NCBI GenBank assembly: GCA_950097015.1
Contig: CATNEN010000007.1
Span: 11,594,001 to 11,658,000 of the forward strand
DNA from: Macrostomum hystrix
Lineage: Eukaryota > Animalia > Platyhelminthes
Reading direction: 5' to 3'
DNA length: 64,000 nt
Shown in pieces: positions 11,501 to 23,291 of the stretch; the first letter of the stretch is position 1; every line of letters begins with the position of its first letter. The position numbers and the translations under genes were made by a program. The notes beneath the pieces were generated by a model that saw only the letters and a program-made list of their open reading frames with translations, ran no database searches and had not been told where the DNA came from.

Positions 11501-14500
11501 TTACTAGAAACGTGGGACGCTTCCTAAAAACTAGGAGTGTTTACTAGAAACGTGGGACGCTTCCAATAAACTAGGAGTGTTTACTAGAAACGTGGGACGC
11601 TTCCTATAAACTAGGAGTGTTTACTAGAAACGTGGGACGCTTCCTATAAACTAGGAGTGTTTACTAGAAACGTGGGACGCTTCCTATAAACTAGGAGTGT
11701 TTACTAGAAACGTGGGACGCTTCCTATAAACTAGTAGTGTTTACTAGAAACGTGGGACGCTTCCTATAAACTAGGACTGTTTACTAGAAACGTGGGACGC
11801 TTCCTATAAACTAGGAGTGTTTACTAGAAACGTGGGACGCTTCCTATAAACTAGGAGTGTTTACTAGAAACGTGGGACGCTTCCAATAAACTAGGAGTGT
11901 TCACTAGAAACGTGGGACGCTTCCAATAAACTAGGACTGTTTACTAGAAACGCGGGACGCTTCCTATAAACTAGGACTGTTCACTAGAAACGTGGGACGC
12001 TTCCAATAAACTAGGAGTGTTTACTAGAAACGTGGGACGCTTCCAATAAACTAGGAGTGTTTACTAGAAACGTGGGACGCTTCCAATAAACTAGGAGTGT
12101 GTACTAGAAACGTGGGACGCTTCCAATAAACTAGGAGTGTGTACTAGAAACGTGGGACGCTTCCAATAAACTAGGAGTGTTTACTAGAAACGTGGGACGC
12201 TTCCAATAAACTAGGAGTGTTTACTAGAAACGTGGGACGCTTCCAATAAACTAGGAGTGTTTACTAGAAACGTGGGACGCTTCCTATAAACTAGGAGTGT
12301 TTACTAGAAACGTGGGACGCTTCCAATAAACTAGGAGTGTTTACTAGAAACGTGGGACGCTTCCAATAAACTAGGAGTGTTTACTAGAAACGTGGGACGC
12401 TTCCAATAAACTAGGAGTGTTTACTAGAAACGTGGGACGCTTCCAATAAACTAGGACTGTTTACTAGAAACGTGGGACGCTTCCTATAAACTAGGAGTGT
12501 TTACTAGAAACGTGGGACGCTTCCAATAAACTAGGACTGTTTACTAGAAACGTGGGACGCTTCCTATAAACTAGGAGTGTTTACTAGAAACGTGGGACGC
12601 TTCCTATAAACTAGGAGTGTTTACTAGAAACGTGGGACGCTTCCTATAAACTAGGAGTGTTTACTAGAAACGTGGGACGCTTCCTATTAACTAGGAGTGT
12701 TTACTAGAAACGTGGGACGCTTCCTAAAAACGATTATGTTTCCTAGAAACGAAGCCAGGTATTTTCTTTGACTCGAAAGACTTTCCAAAAAGGCGATTCT
12801 TGAAAGTGTTGCATTTATAAATGAGAACAGTTTCTTATTTAAGAAATATTACGTTTTCAACGCTCGCTTTGCCCTCTCTTATCTGTGAAGGTCGCGGGCT
12901 CTGCGTGAGGCCGAGCACGTGCTCGAGTCGCTAGACCAGCTGCACCTGCAGTTCGCCAAGCGGGCCGCCCCTTTCAACAACTGGCTGGATGGAGCCAACG
13001 AGGACCTCATGGACTTCTTCATTGTGTACTCGGTACAGGAAGTAGAATCTCTGCAGGCCGCCCACGCCGAGTTCCGGGCCAGCCTGCCAGCTGCCGAGGC
13101 CGAGCACCGCGGCATCGCCCACATCGATGCTGAGGTGCGCGAGCTGGCGGCCGCCCATGGCCTGTCCGGGGACGCGCTGGTCAACCCGTACACCGGGCTC
13201 ACCGCCAGGGTGAGCTGCTCTCACTAGCCATTCCTTGAGTAGTTGATTCTTGACTAGGTCATTCTTGACTAGGTCATTCTTGACTAGGTCATTCTTGACT
13301 TGGTCATTCTTGACTTGGTCATTTCTGACTTGGTCATTCTTGACTTGGTCATTCTTGACTAGGTCATTCTTGACTAGGTCATTCTTGACTTGGTCATTCT
13401 TGACTAGGTCATTCTTGACTTGGTCATTCTTGACTAGGTCATTCTTGACTTGGTCATTCTTGACTTGGTCATTCTTGACTTGGTCATTCTTGACTTGGTC
13501 ATTCTTGACTAGGTCATTCTTGACTTGGTCATTCTTGACTTGGTCATTCTTGACTTGGTCATTCTTGACTAGGTCATTCTTGACTAGGTCATTCTTGACT
13601 AGGTCATTCTTGACTTGGTCATTCTTGACTAGGTCATTCTTGACTTGGTCATTCTTGACTTGGTCATTCTTGACTTGGTCATTCTTGACTAGGTCATTTC
13701 TGACTTGGTCATTCTTGACTTGGTCATTCTTGACTAGGTCATTCTTGACTTGGTCATTCTTGACTAGGTCATTTCTGACTTGGTCATTCTTGACTAGGAC
13801 ATTTCTGACTTGGTCATTCTTGACTTGGTCATTCTTGACTTGGTCATTCTTGACTTGGTCATTCTTGACTAGGTCATTCTTGACTTGGTCATTCTTGACT
13901 TGGTCATTCTTGACTAGGTCATTTCTGACTTGGTCATTCTTGACTTGGTCATTCTTGACTTGGTCATTCTTGACTTGGTCATTCTTGACTAGGTCATTTC
14001 TGACTTGGTCATTCTTGACTAGGTCATTCTTGACTTGGTCATTCTTGACTTGGTCATTCTTGACTTGGTCATTCTTGACTTGGTCATTCTTGACTTGGTC
14101 ATTCTTGACGGTCATTCTTGACTAGGTCATTCTTGACTTGGTCATTCTTGACTAGGTCATTCTTGACTAGGTCATTCTTGACTTGGTCATTCTTGACTTG
14201 GTCATTCTTGACTTGGTCATTCTTGACTAGGTCATTTCTGACTTGGTCATTCTTGACTTGGTCATTCTTGACTTGGTCATTCTTGACTTGGTCATTCTTG
14301 ACTTGGTCATTCTTGACTAGGTCATTCTTGACTAGGTCATTCTTGACTAGGTCATTCTTGACTTGGTCATTCTTGACTAGGTCATTCTTGACTAGGTCAT
14401 TCTTGACTTGGTCATTCTTGACTTGGTCATTCTTGACTTGGTCATTCTTGACTAGGTCATTTCTGACTTGGTCATTCTTGACTTGGTCATTCTTGACTTG

Positions 14501-17500
14501 GTCATTCTTGACTTGGTCATTCTTGACTAGGTCATTCTTGACTTGGTCATTCTTGACTTGGTCATTCTTGACTAGGTCATTTCTGACTTGGTCATTCTTG
14601 ACTTGGTCATTCTTGACTTGGTCATTCTTGACTTGGTCATTCTTGACTAGGTCATTTCTGACTTGGTCATTTCTGACTTGGTCATTCTTGACTTGGTCAT
14701 TCTTGACTTGGTCATTCTTGACTAGGTCATTCTTGACTAGGTCATTCTTGACTTGGTCATTCTTGACTTGGTCATTCTTGACTAGGTCATTTCTGACTTG
14801 GTCATTCTTGACTAGGTCATTTCTGACTTGGTCATTCTTGACTTGGTCATTCTTGACTTGGTCATTCTTGACTTGGTCATTCCTGACTAGGTCATTCCTG
14901 ACTAGGTCATTCTTGACTTGGTCATTTTTGACTAGGTCATTCTTGACTTGGTCATTCTTGACTAGGTCATTCTTGACTAGGTCATTCTTGACTTGGTCAT
15001 TCTTGACTTGGTCATTCTTGACTAGGTCATTCTTGACTTGGTCATTCTTGACTTGGTCATTCTTGACTGGATCGAGTGAGGGCAAGCCCTGATATTTGTG
15101 GCAGAAGAAAAGTGCATCTCCAGCTACAGCACTGCAGCCTTGGGCAGTGAAGCACCCCAGCGGAGCCTCCCGCGCATGATGTACTCGGCCAGGTGGCCGG
15201 CTGTGTCTTCGCCTCGACATCTTAAAAGCCCCTCCTCTCACCCAACTGGCCTCTGCAACTTTTACCGCTGCCATCAAGCTTGGCCTTAACCATCCCGCTG
15301 CACCTTTGCCTGCACTGGCGGCCACCATGTGCAATTTTGCCCTGCCAATTCCCACCAGTCAGCCACGGTCCAGAATCCCGCGGTGCGACATCTTCTGCCC
15401 GGACTCGATACCCGCCTCCTGCAGCCTCTCTTCGTGCCATTTGCAACTCCCGGCCTCTACTTCAGCCGCTGCCCCCTCCGCACCTTCCTGCCGCAGCGTG
15501 TGCGGCCGCGAATCCGGGAAATCAATCCTTCACCCTCCCCTACCCCCGCCTGTCCCTCAGCAGCAGGCTATGGGCTTTGAGGGTCTGCCAGCGCATCCTC
15601 TGCCCTCTCCATTTCTCTCTCTCCCGCAGCCCAGCTCGGGTCCGCCATCTTTGCAGCCTGCGAGCTGCGCCAACCCTCCCCGGTCCCCCAGGCCCTGCCT
15701 CCCCAACTTGCACACTGATTCCGCCTGAATGGGGGCTGTTCACTTCCAGGTAACACGCGGCTGTGGGCGTTTCCATTTTGTCTGCTTTGTCTGTGCTGCG
15801 TAGTCGAGAAATTAGGTAGAAAGAAGTCCAGTTTACGAATTATGGATGTGCCCGAGGGCCTGGGTGGAATTGATTGTCAACCTTATGTTTGAAAATGCAC
15901 GACATCAACTTCCTTAGGGGCACTGCAGGTCTGCAATTAGTAACCTCTGTCACCCCACTAATACCCTATTATAGTAAACTTATATTTCTTATCAAGGTCC
16001 CCAGCTCGAATCTGCGTGGCTAAAATTCAAGGCCTAGCTGCTCACCAATGCCTCACCGGCCTCTTTTCAGTCTTGCTGTTTTGCTTTCTATGAAATCTGT
16101 CTGCTTTCTGTCTGCCTCAACTTTCCCCATCTGAAGCGTCAGCAGACGTTTCCGTATTAAAGAATCTTCCCATGCTGCCGATGCCCTTCTTTAAGTAGTG
16201 TGCTAAGCAATTTCAATGCTTCATTCTTGTCTAACAGGAGCTGGCCTTGAAGTGGGACGAGGTGTCCTCCCGTGTGCCGGCCCGGGACCAGAGCCTGCAG
16301 CAGGAGGTGGCCAGGCAGCACCAGAACGAGCGCCTGCGACGCCAGTTCGCCGACCTCGCCAACGTGGCCGGCCCCTGGATTGAGCAGCGTCTCGACGGCG
16401 TGTCCAGCATCTGCTCCAGCGGCCGGCAGCTCAGCCTGGAGGAGCAGGACCGCCGGCTGAATGCGATTCAGGACGAGCTGCACGGATTCAAGGTGGGCTC
16501 GGAATGGGATTTTGAGTTTGAAATCCCAACTAACTGGGATCTGGAGTCTAAAATCCAAACAGATTAGGATTTGGAGTCAGAAATCCAACAGATTAGGATT
16601 TGGAGTCAGAAATCCCAACAGATTAGGATTTGGAGTCAGAAATCCCAACAGATTAGGATTTGGAGTCAGAAATCCCAACAGATTAGGATTTGGAGTCAGA
16701 AATCCCAACATATTAGGATTTGGAGTCAGAAATCCCAACAGATTGGGATTTGGAGTCAGAAATCCAAACAGATTAGGATTTGGAGTCAGAAATCCCAACA
16801 GATTAGGATTTGGAGTCAGAAATCCAAACAGATTAGGATTTGGAGTCAGAAATCCAAACAGATTAGGATTTGGAGTCAGAAATCCCAACAGATTAGGATT
16901 TGGAGTCAGAAATCCAAACAGATTAGGATTTGGAGTCAGAAATCCAAACAGATTAGGATTTGGAGTCAGAAATCCCAACAGATTAGGTTTTGGAGTCAGA
17001 AATCCCAACAGATTAGGATTTGAAGTCAGAAATCCAAACAGACGACTGGGATTTAAAGTCTGAAATCCTAATAGATTGGGTTTTGGAGTCTGAAATCCCA
17101 ACAGATTGGGATTTTTAGTCTAAAATCCCAACCTAAAGGAGCTCTGAATACAAATTCCCGCCGTTTGCTTAAATATCTATTTCAAATTCCAGGCCTGTTT
17201 GTTCGCCACAATGTATACTAACCCCACCGCCACCTCCTGTCTCGACTCCAATTCAGGCCAACATCGACGAGATGGAGCGGGTGAACCAGAGCATCCAGGA
17301 GGCCTTCATCTTCGACAACCCGCATTCTCCCTACACCATGGAGACTGTGCGCGTTGGCTGGGAGCAGTTGCACACCTCCATCGCCAAGGCGCTGAATGAG
17401 GTTGCCAACCAGATCCTCACTCGGTGAGCAGCCGCCTCACTCATGAATGACCTGGATGAGCTATTGATGAATGACCTTTATGAGCTATTGATGAATGACC

Positions 17501-18944
17501 TGGATGAGCTATTGATGAATGACATTTATGAGCTATTGATGAATGACCTGGATGAGCTATTCATGAATGACCTGGATGAGCTATTGATGAATAACCTTGA
17601 TGAGCTATTGATGAATGACCTTTATGAGCTATTGATGAATAACCTTGATGAGCTATTGATGAATGACCTTTATGAGCTATTGATGAATGACCTGGATGAG
17701 CTATTCATGAATGACCTGGATGAGCTATTCATGAATGACCTGGATGAGCACTGGCTCACCCTTCACCTTTCCTGTCGCTCCATTCGCAGAGACTCCAAGG
17801 GCATCACAAACGATGAGATGGCGGAGTTCCGCAAGTGCTTCAACCACTTCGACAAGAGCAAGACCCGCCGCCTGGACCCCATCGAGTTCAAGGCCTGCCT
17901 GGTGTCGCTAGGCTACAACATCCGCAACGACCGGCAGGGCGAGCAGGACTTCACCCGCATCATGGCGCTGGTCGACCCCAATCGCACCGGCCAGGTCGGC
18001 TTCGACGCCTTCGTTGACTTCATGACCAGCGAGAAGACGGACCAGAACACCGCCGACCAGATCATCCAGTCCTTCCGCATCCTGGCTGGCGATCTGGTGA
18101 GCATGTACTGCCTGGCCTGACTCACTTCCACCTGACTCACTCCCACCTGACTCACACCCACCTGACTCACTCCCACCTGACTCACTCCCACGTGACTCAC
18201 TCCCACCTGACTCACTCCCACCTGACTCACTCCCATCTGACTCACTTCAACCTGACTCACTCCCACGTGACTCACTCCCACCTGACTCACAACCACCTGA
18301 CTCACTCCCACGTGACTCACTCCCACGTGACTCACTCCCACCTGACTCACTCCCACCTGACTCACTCCCACCTGACTCACTCCCACCTGACTCACTCCCA
18401 CCTGACTCACTCCCACGTGACTCACTCCCACCTGACTCACTCCCACCTGACTCACTCCCACCTGACTCACTCCCACGTGACTCACTCCCACCTGACTCAC
18501 TCCCACCTGACTCACTCCCACGTGACTCACTCCCACCTGACTCACTCCCACCTGACTCACTCCCGCCTGACTTACTTCCACCTGACTCACTCCCACCTGA
18601 CTCACTCCCACCTGACTCACTCCCACGTGACTCACTCCCACCTGACTCACTCCCACGTGACTCACTCCCACCTGACTCACTCCCACCTGACTCACTCCCA
18701 CCTGACTCACTCCCACCTGACTCACTCCCGCCTGACCCGCTTCCACCTGACACAATCGCAACCGTTTCCGTCCATCTTTCCGCAGCCGTACGTCACCTCG
18801 GAGGTGTTGCGCCGAGAGCTGCCGCCGGACCAGGCCGAGTACTGCATCCAGCGCATGTCACCGTACGGTGGGCCCGACGCCCCTCCAGGCGCCCTGGACT
18901 ACACGACCTTCTCTGCCACGCTGTATGGCGAGACCGACCTGTGA
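5530..18944 (+). CDS. ACTN: Alpha-actinin (2 CH domains, 4 spectrin repeats, EF-hand region), 13 coding exons plus an alternative exon
   Basis: Exons 5530-5676, 6446-6680, 6880-6966, 7059-7146, [7285-7363 or 8446-8524], 8842-8923, 9200-9695, 9836-10141, 12891-13209, 16238-16492, 17257-17423, 17790-18096, 18786-18944. Motifs [79 protein letters not shown]-terminal LYGETDL. Candidate AATAAA at 20361. Confidence 0.97.
7285..7363 (+). CDS. ACTN: Alpha-actinin alternative exon 5a ([27 protein letters not shown])
   Basis: 79 nt, ccag/ ... /gtacag, phase 2 to 0. Confidence 0.88.
7600..8262. repeat. 31-bp intronic minisatellite between exons 5a and 5b
   Basis: Unit ggaccggaacagcccaggtggtgctggttra, ~21 copies, first few degenerate. 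Confidence 0.95.
8446..8524 (+). CDS. ACTN: Alpha-actinin alternative exon 5b ([27 protein letters not shown])
   Basis: 79 nt, tgcag/ ... /gtgagt, same phases as exon 5a. Confidence 0.88.
8957..9168. repeat. 22-bp intronic minisatellite
   Basis: Unit ctccagctcccatgtgtccagt, ~9-10 copies. Confidence 0.95.
10360..12730. repeat. 40-bp intronic minisatellite, ~59 copies
   Basis: Unit ttccwataaactaggagtgtttactagaaacgtgggacgc, no spacers. Confidence 0.97.
13245..15068. repeat. 15-bp intronic minisatellite, ~120 copies
   Basis: Unit ggtcattcttgactw. The repetitive VKNDQ/TWSFL ORFs are artefacts of it. Confidence 0.97.
16540..17130. repeat. 30-bp intronic minisatellite
   Basis: Unit gattaggatttggagtcagaaatccmaaca with degenerate edges. 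Confidence 0.95.
17442..17750. repeat. 24-bp intronic minisatellite
   Basis: Unit atgaatgacctggatgagctattg, ~13 copies. Confidence 0.95.
18115..18750. repeat. 15-bp intronic minisatellite
   Basis: Unit tgactcactcccacs, ~42 copies. Confidence 0.95.
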
Positions 18945-20999
18945 GGGAGCGGCCTTGGACTTGGATTTCAATGAAAGTACTTTTAGCCAGTTTTTCTGTT
19001 TGTCTCTCAGCCTTGCCCTCCCAGCCATTATCCTCTGCTGCATCGTTTCCCCATTGATTGAGTGCTTCAATTCAGTTTCAGTTTCCTGCTATTGGTTGCT
19101 GATTTGCTCTTATTTTCAAGCAGGACTCGCGAGAACTCACGGAACTCGCGGCTCCATTCGTGTTTTTAGTTGTTTTTTTTGTTTTTAACTAGCACTGATT
19201 CTGTTTTACCCAGTATCGGCCACTGACCAAAGCTGCTGGCTGCTATTTTACTGAGTTCTCTGACGCATTGAAAGCTTATTTCTGTGTGGCTTCATTGGCT
19301 TTTCGAATCGGGTCCTGGTGCCGGCCCTGAACTGCTCTGCCGTGCTCAACTTTTCTTACCTTTCGCTCCCGGCTCCGGTCTGTCCGGCTTGCACGAACCA
19401 ATGAGGTTGGAGCCCCCTACTGATTGGCTAGGCATGTTCTTGTGTGCTTGATTTCAACAACCCTCGGGATCATCGTCGCGTTTTTTCTGGTTGTTCTAGT
19501 CATTCAACGATCGTTTCTTTTTTTATTTTTCCTATCGATGTAAGCAACTATTTCAACGAAATCAAATCTTTTTGAAAATCTATTCTCTTTCTCCCGAAAA
19601 GCACGGACGCGAGTTTTAATCGTGTTTTGCGTCACTGTCCCCGATACCTGCAATTTGAGGCACTCAATTTTGTAAATCCTTTGCTAACCCATCGAGACTT
19701 TTGAGACGATGCCCTAGCCTTAATGAATGAATCGCAACTTTCAACTCCAGGTAGCATGAGACGTATCTTTTTGATTGAAGGATTTATTTATGTTATAATA
19801 TACGTCTCCTACTCCTACTACTACGAGTACTACTGCTGGTTAAGTAGTGCTGTGGGAACATTAACTTCTACTAATTTGAAGTTCAGGACTGCGCAGATGA
19901 TGCTGAGTAGCTGCATGAGCACCAGCGAGTCTGACATGACCTCTGCATCTTTCGGTCCCCTGCCTCTAGAATTTCATTTCCGCAATTGGTTCTTTGTTGT
20001 GCATCGTTTCTTTTTTTAACAAGCTTTTTTAACTTCTTTTTTATTTTTACCCAAACCCTTCTGCGGCCTGGTGACTTCTCTCCGAATTTCGGGCCGCAGC
20101 CGCTTCCGCTTTTGCTTGTGAGTTTATGGCCCGTTCAACCGGTTAGCGAGCTAGTTCCTCTTTGCCTGTTTTCCTCTGGCTTTCCCTTCCATTTCTGCCC
20201 CAGTCTCAGGCCCCGAGAGTGCTCTAGCAGTATTTACTATAAGCATCAATACTACCTTTGTTTCTATCATTTTCTATACTTATAATTGCTCTTGTTATTT
20301 TTTAATTGTAGCCAGCGTCTGTACCAATCGTCTTAACAAAACTCGCTTTATGAATTGACTAATAAAAACTAACTAATTATTTATACATTTATAATATGCC
20401 AAAATCGAGCCTCTCTTTGAGTTCTTCCTGTTTGCTTGTCTTTTACTGCTCTTGTTGAAGCAGGGCTCAGGAACCGCGCCGCGCTGGAGTTTACATGAGA
20501 TTTGCTGAATGTGCCGCCTGGGTGCAGCAGTCACACCAGGCTAATGCCCGCCCTGAACAGGCTGAAATCTGATATTTGGCTGATTTGGCCTGTACCGAAC
20601 TGAGAAAATCCGCGTCCCCTCAAAACTGGAAACTCGAGCCGCCAGCTAAACATGCGGAGCACACGTGAGGTGGCACATTGAGATGACTCATCGCAGCCTA
20701 AAGCCCTGATTGCTGCGCAAACTCTGCAACATTCGCTGATCTTTCTCTGCTTCTCTCTTGGGGCAGAAGTCAGGCAGAAAATAGGTGTGCTAATTTTGGA
20801 CCAGCCAGGTGCGTGTGCCGGGGGGCTGCTCGCGTGAATGGGCGAATGAGCGACTCTTAATCGGGCAGCACGGTGGCCGGCCGACCGCCTTTTCTGTTGC
20901 CTGCACGCAGGCATAAAAGCATCGAGCAGGGACCAACCGGCATACGATTTTGCATGAACTTGTTTGCGAGTCTGATGTTGAAGAGCACTGAGCTGAGAC

Positions 21000-21830
21000 A
21001 TGCGAGCACCGATGGACGTGCTGTCAGTGCAACCCGTTGCGGCCCAGACTGCTGGCGCCAGGTAAGTGCGTTTTCATTATCGCTGTCGTTCTTTCCGACA
21101 ACACGCTGAATCATCCTGTCTGACCTTGCCGCGCTGCCGCAGCTCCGTCGAGCAGTACGGCTCCGTGCTCACACTGCGCTACCCGGCTCCCCGCCACTAC
21201 AGCAGTGGCGCGGGCATGGACCCGCACGAGGAGCGGCTGGCCCTGGCACTCGGCGGCGGCCTAGCGGCGGTCCTGGTCGGCCTGGCGCTGCTGATCTGCT
21301 GCTGCCGACAGTTCAAGCTTAGCGGCCTGGCGGCTGCCCGGCGGGCCAAGTGGCGCCGACATCGTCAGCAGCTCGTCCTGCCAGGCTACCTCCTGCGGGC
21401 CCGCCAGCCAGGCCTTCGCTACCCGAATCTGATTGGCCCTGGTGCCATTGGCTTTTGGAATACTCCACCAGCTCAGCCAATCTGCGTTGTCAACAGCCTG
21501 GCCGTGACCTCGAGCACTTCCGCCACCCCAGCTAGTTTTGGAACCGGAGCCGGAAGTGGATTTGGAAATGGAACCAGAAGCGGATTTGGGAGCGGAATAG
21601 GAAGTGACACTGCAGCTGGAACCAGAAGCGGCTTTGCTGCACCAGGCAGCAGAAGAAACGGAGTCCAAGCTGAACCCGGAAGTGGAGTCGAAGTGTTCCC
21701 GCTGGGAGTCGGTGTTGGCTATAGTCGTTTAGAACGGCCGCAGCCGCAGCCGCCGCCACAGCCGAAGTTCAGGCTTCAACAGCTGAAACGGCAAGCAGCG
21801 GTCAGCCTGAGCAGCTCGGCTATTGTTTAG
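21000..21830 (+). CDS. Orphan single-pass membrane protein, 2 exons
   Basis: Exon 21000 (or 21012)-21061 /gtaagt, then gcag/ 21143-21830, phase-2 compatible. Hydrophobic LALALGGGLAAVLVGLALLI followed by CCC and a basic stretch, G/S/F/T repeats, ends SSSAIV. GC-rich codon usage. Confidence 0.65.
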
Positions 21831-22120
21831 ACAACAGAGACAACAGGAAAAGTCTAACTTCTCTTTTCAGTTGTGTCCAATGAGACTTTTATTGCCTTTA
21901 TGATTTTTAAATGCTTAAATACACAACCGCTACTGCTACTTGGCATCAATGTGCAATTCATGAAAGACATGCCAGTCCTTCGTCATCGTCTAATGCCACT
22001 ATAGCTCCACTATAGGACTTCTATACGTGTATGCAGTAACTGATTGCGCCACGGCTATAGGTCTCCGATTTAAAAAATATTTTATTTTTCTGAACTTTCT
22101 TCTACGTTTCTATTGGGGGT

Positions 22121-22235
22121 GAGTGGCAGAGCGATTAATGCGTGTGCCTCTCCCACCAAGGTCCCTCAGCTCGACTCCGAGGCGAGGCCACATTCATTTG
22201 GGGCGCAGCCGCGGAAGGAAGGCTATGGGGGTCCC
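22121..22235 (+). mobile_element. tRNA-derived SINE family B, 5' part
   Basis: gagtggcagagcgattaatgcgtgtgcctctcccaccaaggtccct...tttggggcgcagccgcgga matches the reverse complement of 2875-2975. Confidence 0.7.
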
Positions 22236-23114
22236 TTAAGGGCCAACCTCCAAGACACATGAAGTAAGAGTGTACACTGCCTGACGATGAGAAAGTCAGG
22301 GAAGATATACCCACCTATGTGAGCGTCCGCCAAGTTACATGTCACTTCTCTTAACTGCTTAAAACTATGTCAGCTCTTGAGTTAAAGACATACTCCGGGT
22401 ATGTACAATGAGATCTACTTCAGGATCTCTGTTAGAAAAGCAATCCGAGAGGTCATCATGAAACTTTGCATTATATAAGCTTTTACACTGGCTGGGAATG
22501 AATTTGTCTTTTCGTGTTATAGAACCCTCAGAAAAAAAGTGAGATTTTGAGATAGAGAGTTTAAGACTGATGCTCTGACAGGGTGACTTTGACTTTGGGG
22601 CTCACTCAAGACTCGACATGTATCAGACGCTGCGCGGGTACGATTGCGCTACTAACTCATAAAAGTGCACGCAAGCTGACTTAGCAGAAAAAATTACTGA
22701 TATCGTTCACATGAAAAATTAACGGCAAACAGGCATAAGGCAGGCACCCTCGGCCATAGACTCCTAGATTAATACGCTAGTCTATGACCAAAGGGCCTGA
22801 ACAGGTCCCGAGGGTGAAAAGTGAAGCAGCATTCGCTCGAAAACTTGCTAAGCTAATCCCGCTCAACTCGCTGCTTTGAAGACGCTCTCACAGGACCAAA
22901 TAACTTGGTAAGTTACTTGCAATTATGCTTTGTCTTCATACATTGCACTTTATAAATGTGTAAATCTGTAAGGACAGATGCATGTAATGGCATGCATGCA
23001 ATAATAATAGAGCTCTAGGTAGGTGCTAGGTGCTAGGTAGATAAAAACTTTCATTTAGTTACTTAGCCTGCATGGCAACCCCAAATCCCACCCCTCATCT
23101 GACCGCCGACAGCA

Positions 23115-23291
23115 ATGGCTTCGATGCGCAAAGGCCGCAGGGCTGGCAAGTCCAAGAAGAGCGTTTCCAAGAGGGCTTCACCGTCCAAGGGCAGGAAGGC
23201 ATCGAGGTCCGCCCGCAGGCGTGTCAAGCGCGCCTCCAAGAAGGCCCGCGCTGGTCTAGCTGGCGGTGCCCAGGCCGGCAGCAGCAAGTGA
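23115..23291 (+). CDS. 58-aa protamine-like / H1-tail-like basic protein
   Basis: MASMRKGRRAGKSKKSVSKRASPSKGRKASRSARRRVKRASKKARAGLAGGAQAGSSK*: 11 K, 11 R, no D/E. Preceded by a 5' UTR intron (gtaagt 22908 ... ctgac ... cag 23112). ATTAAA at 23458. Confidence 0.8.
   Translation: MASMRKGRRAGKSKKSVSKRASPSKGRKASRSARRRVKRASKKARAGLAGGAQAGSSK

Noticed and set aside
10360-12730. CRISPR-like appearance of the 30-41-bp repeats
   Set aside because: Units are head-to-tail with no unique spacers, there are no cas genes, and the context is eukaryotic introns.
12931-15355. Long repetitive ORFs (VKNDQ, TWSFL) and similar ones at 16461, 17913, 46422, 50819 and 56892
   Set aside because: Stop-free translations of minisatellites, mostly intronic, with no gene signals.
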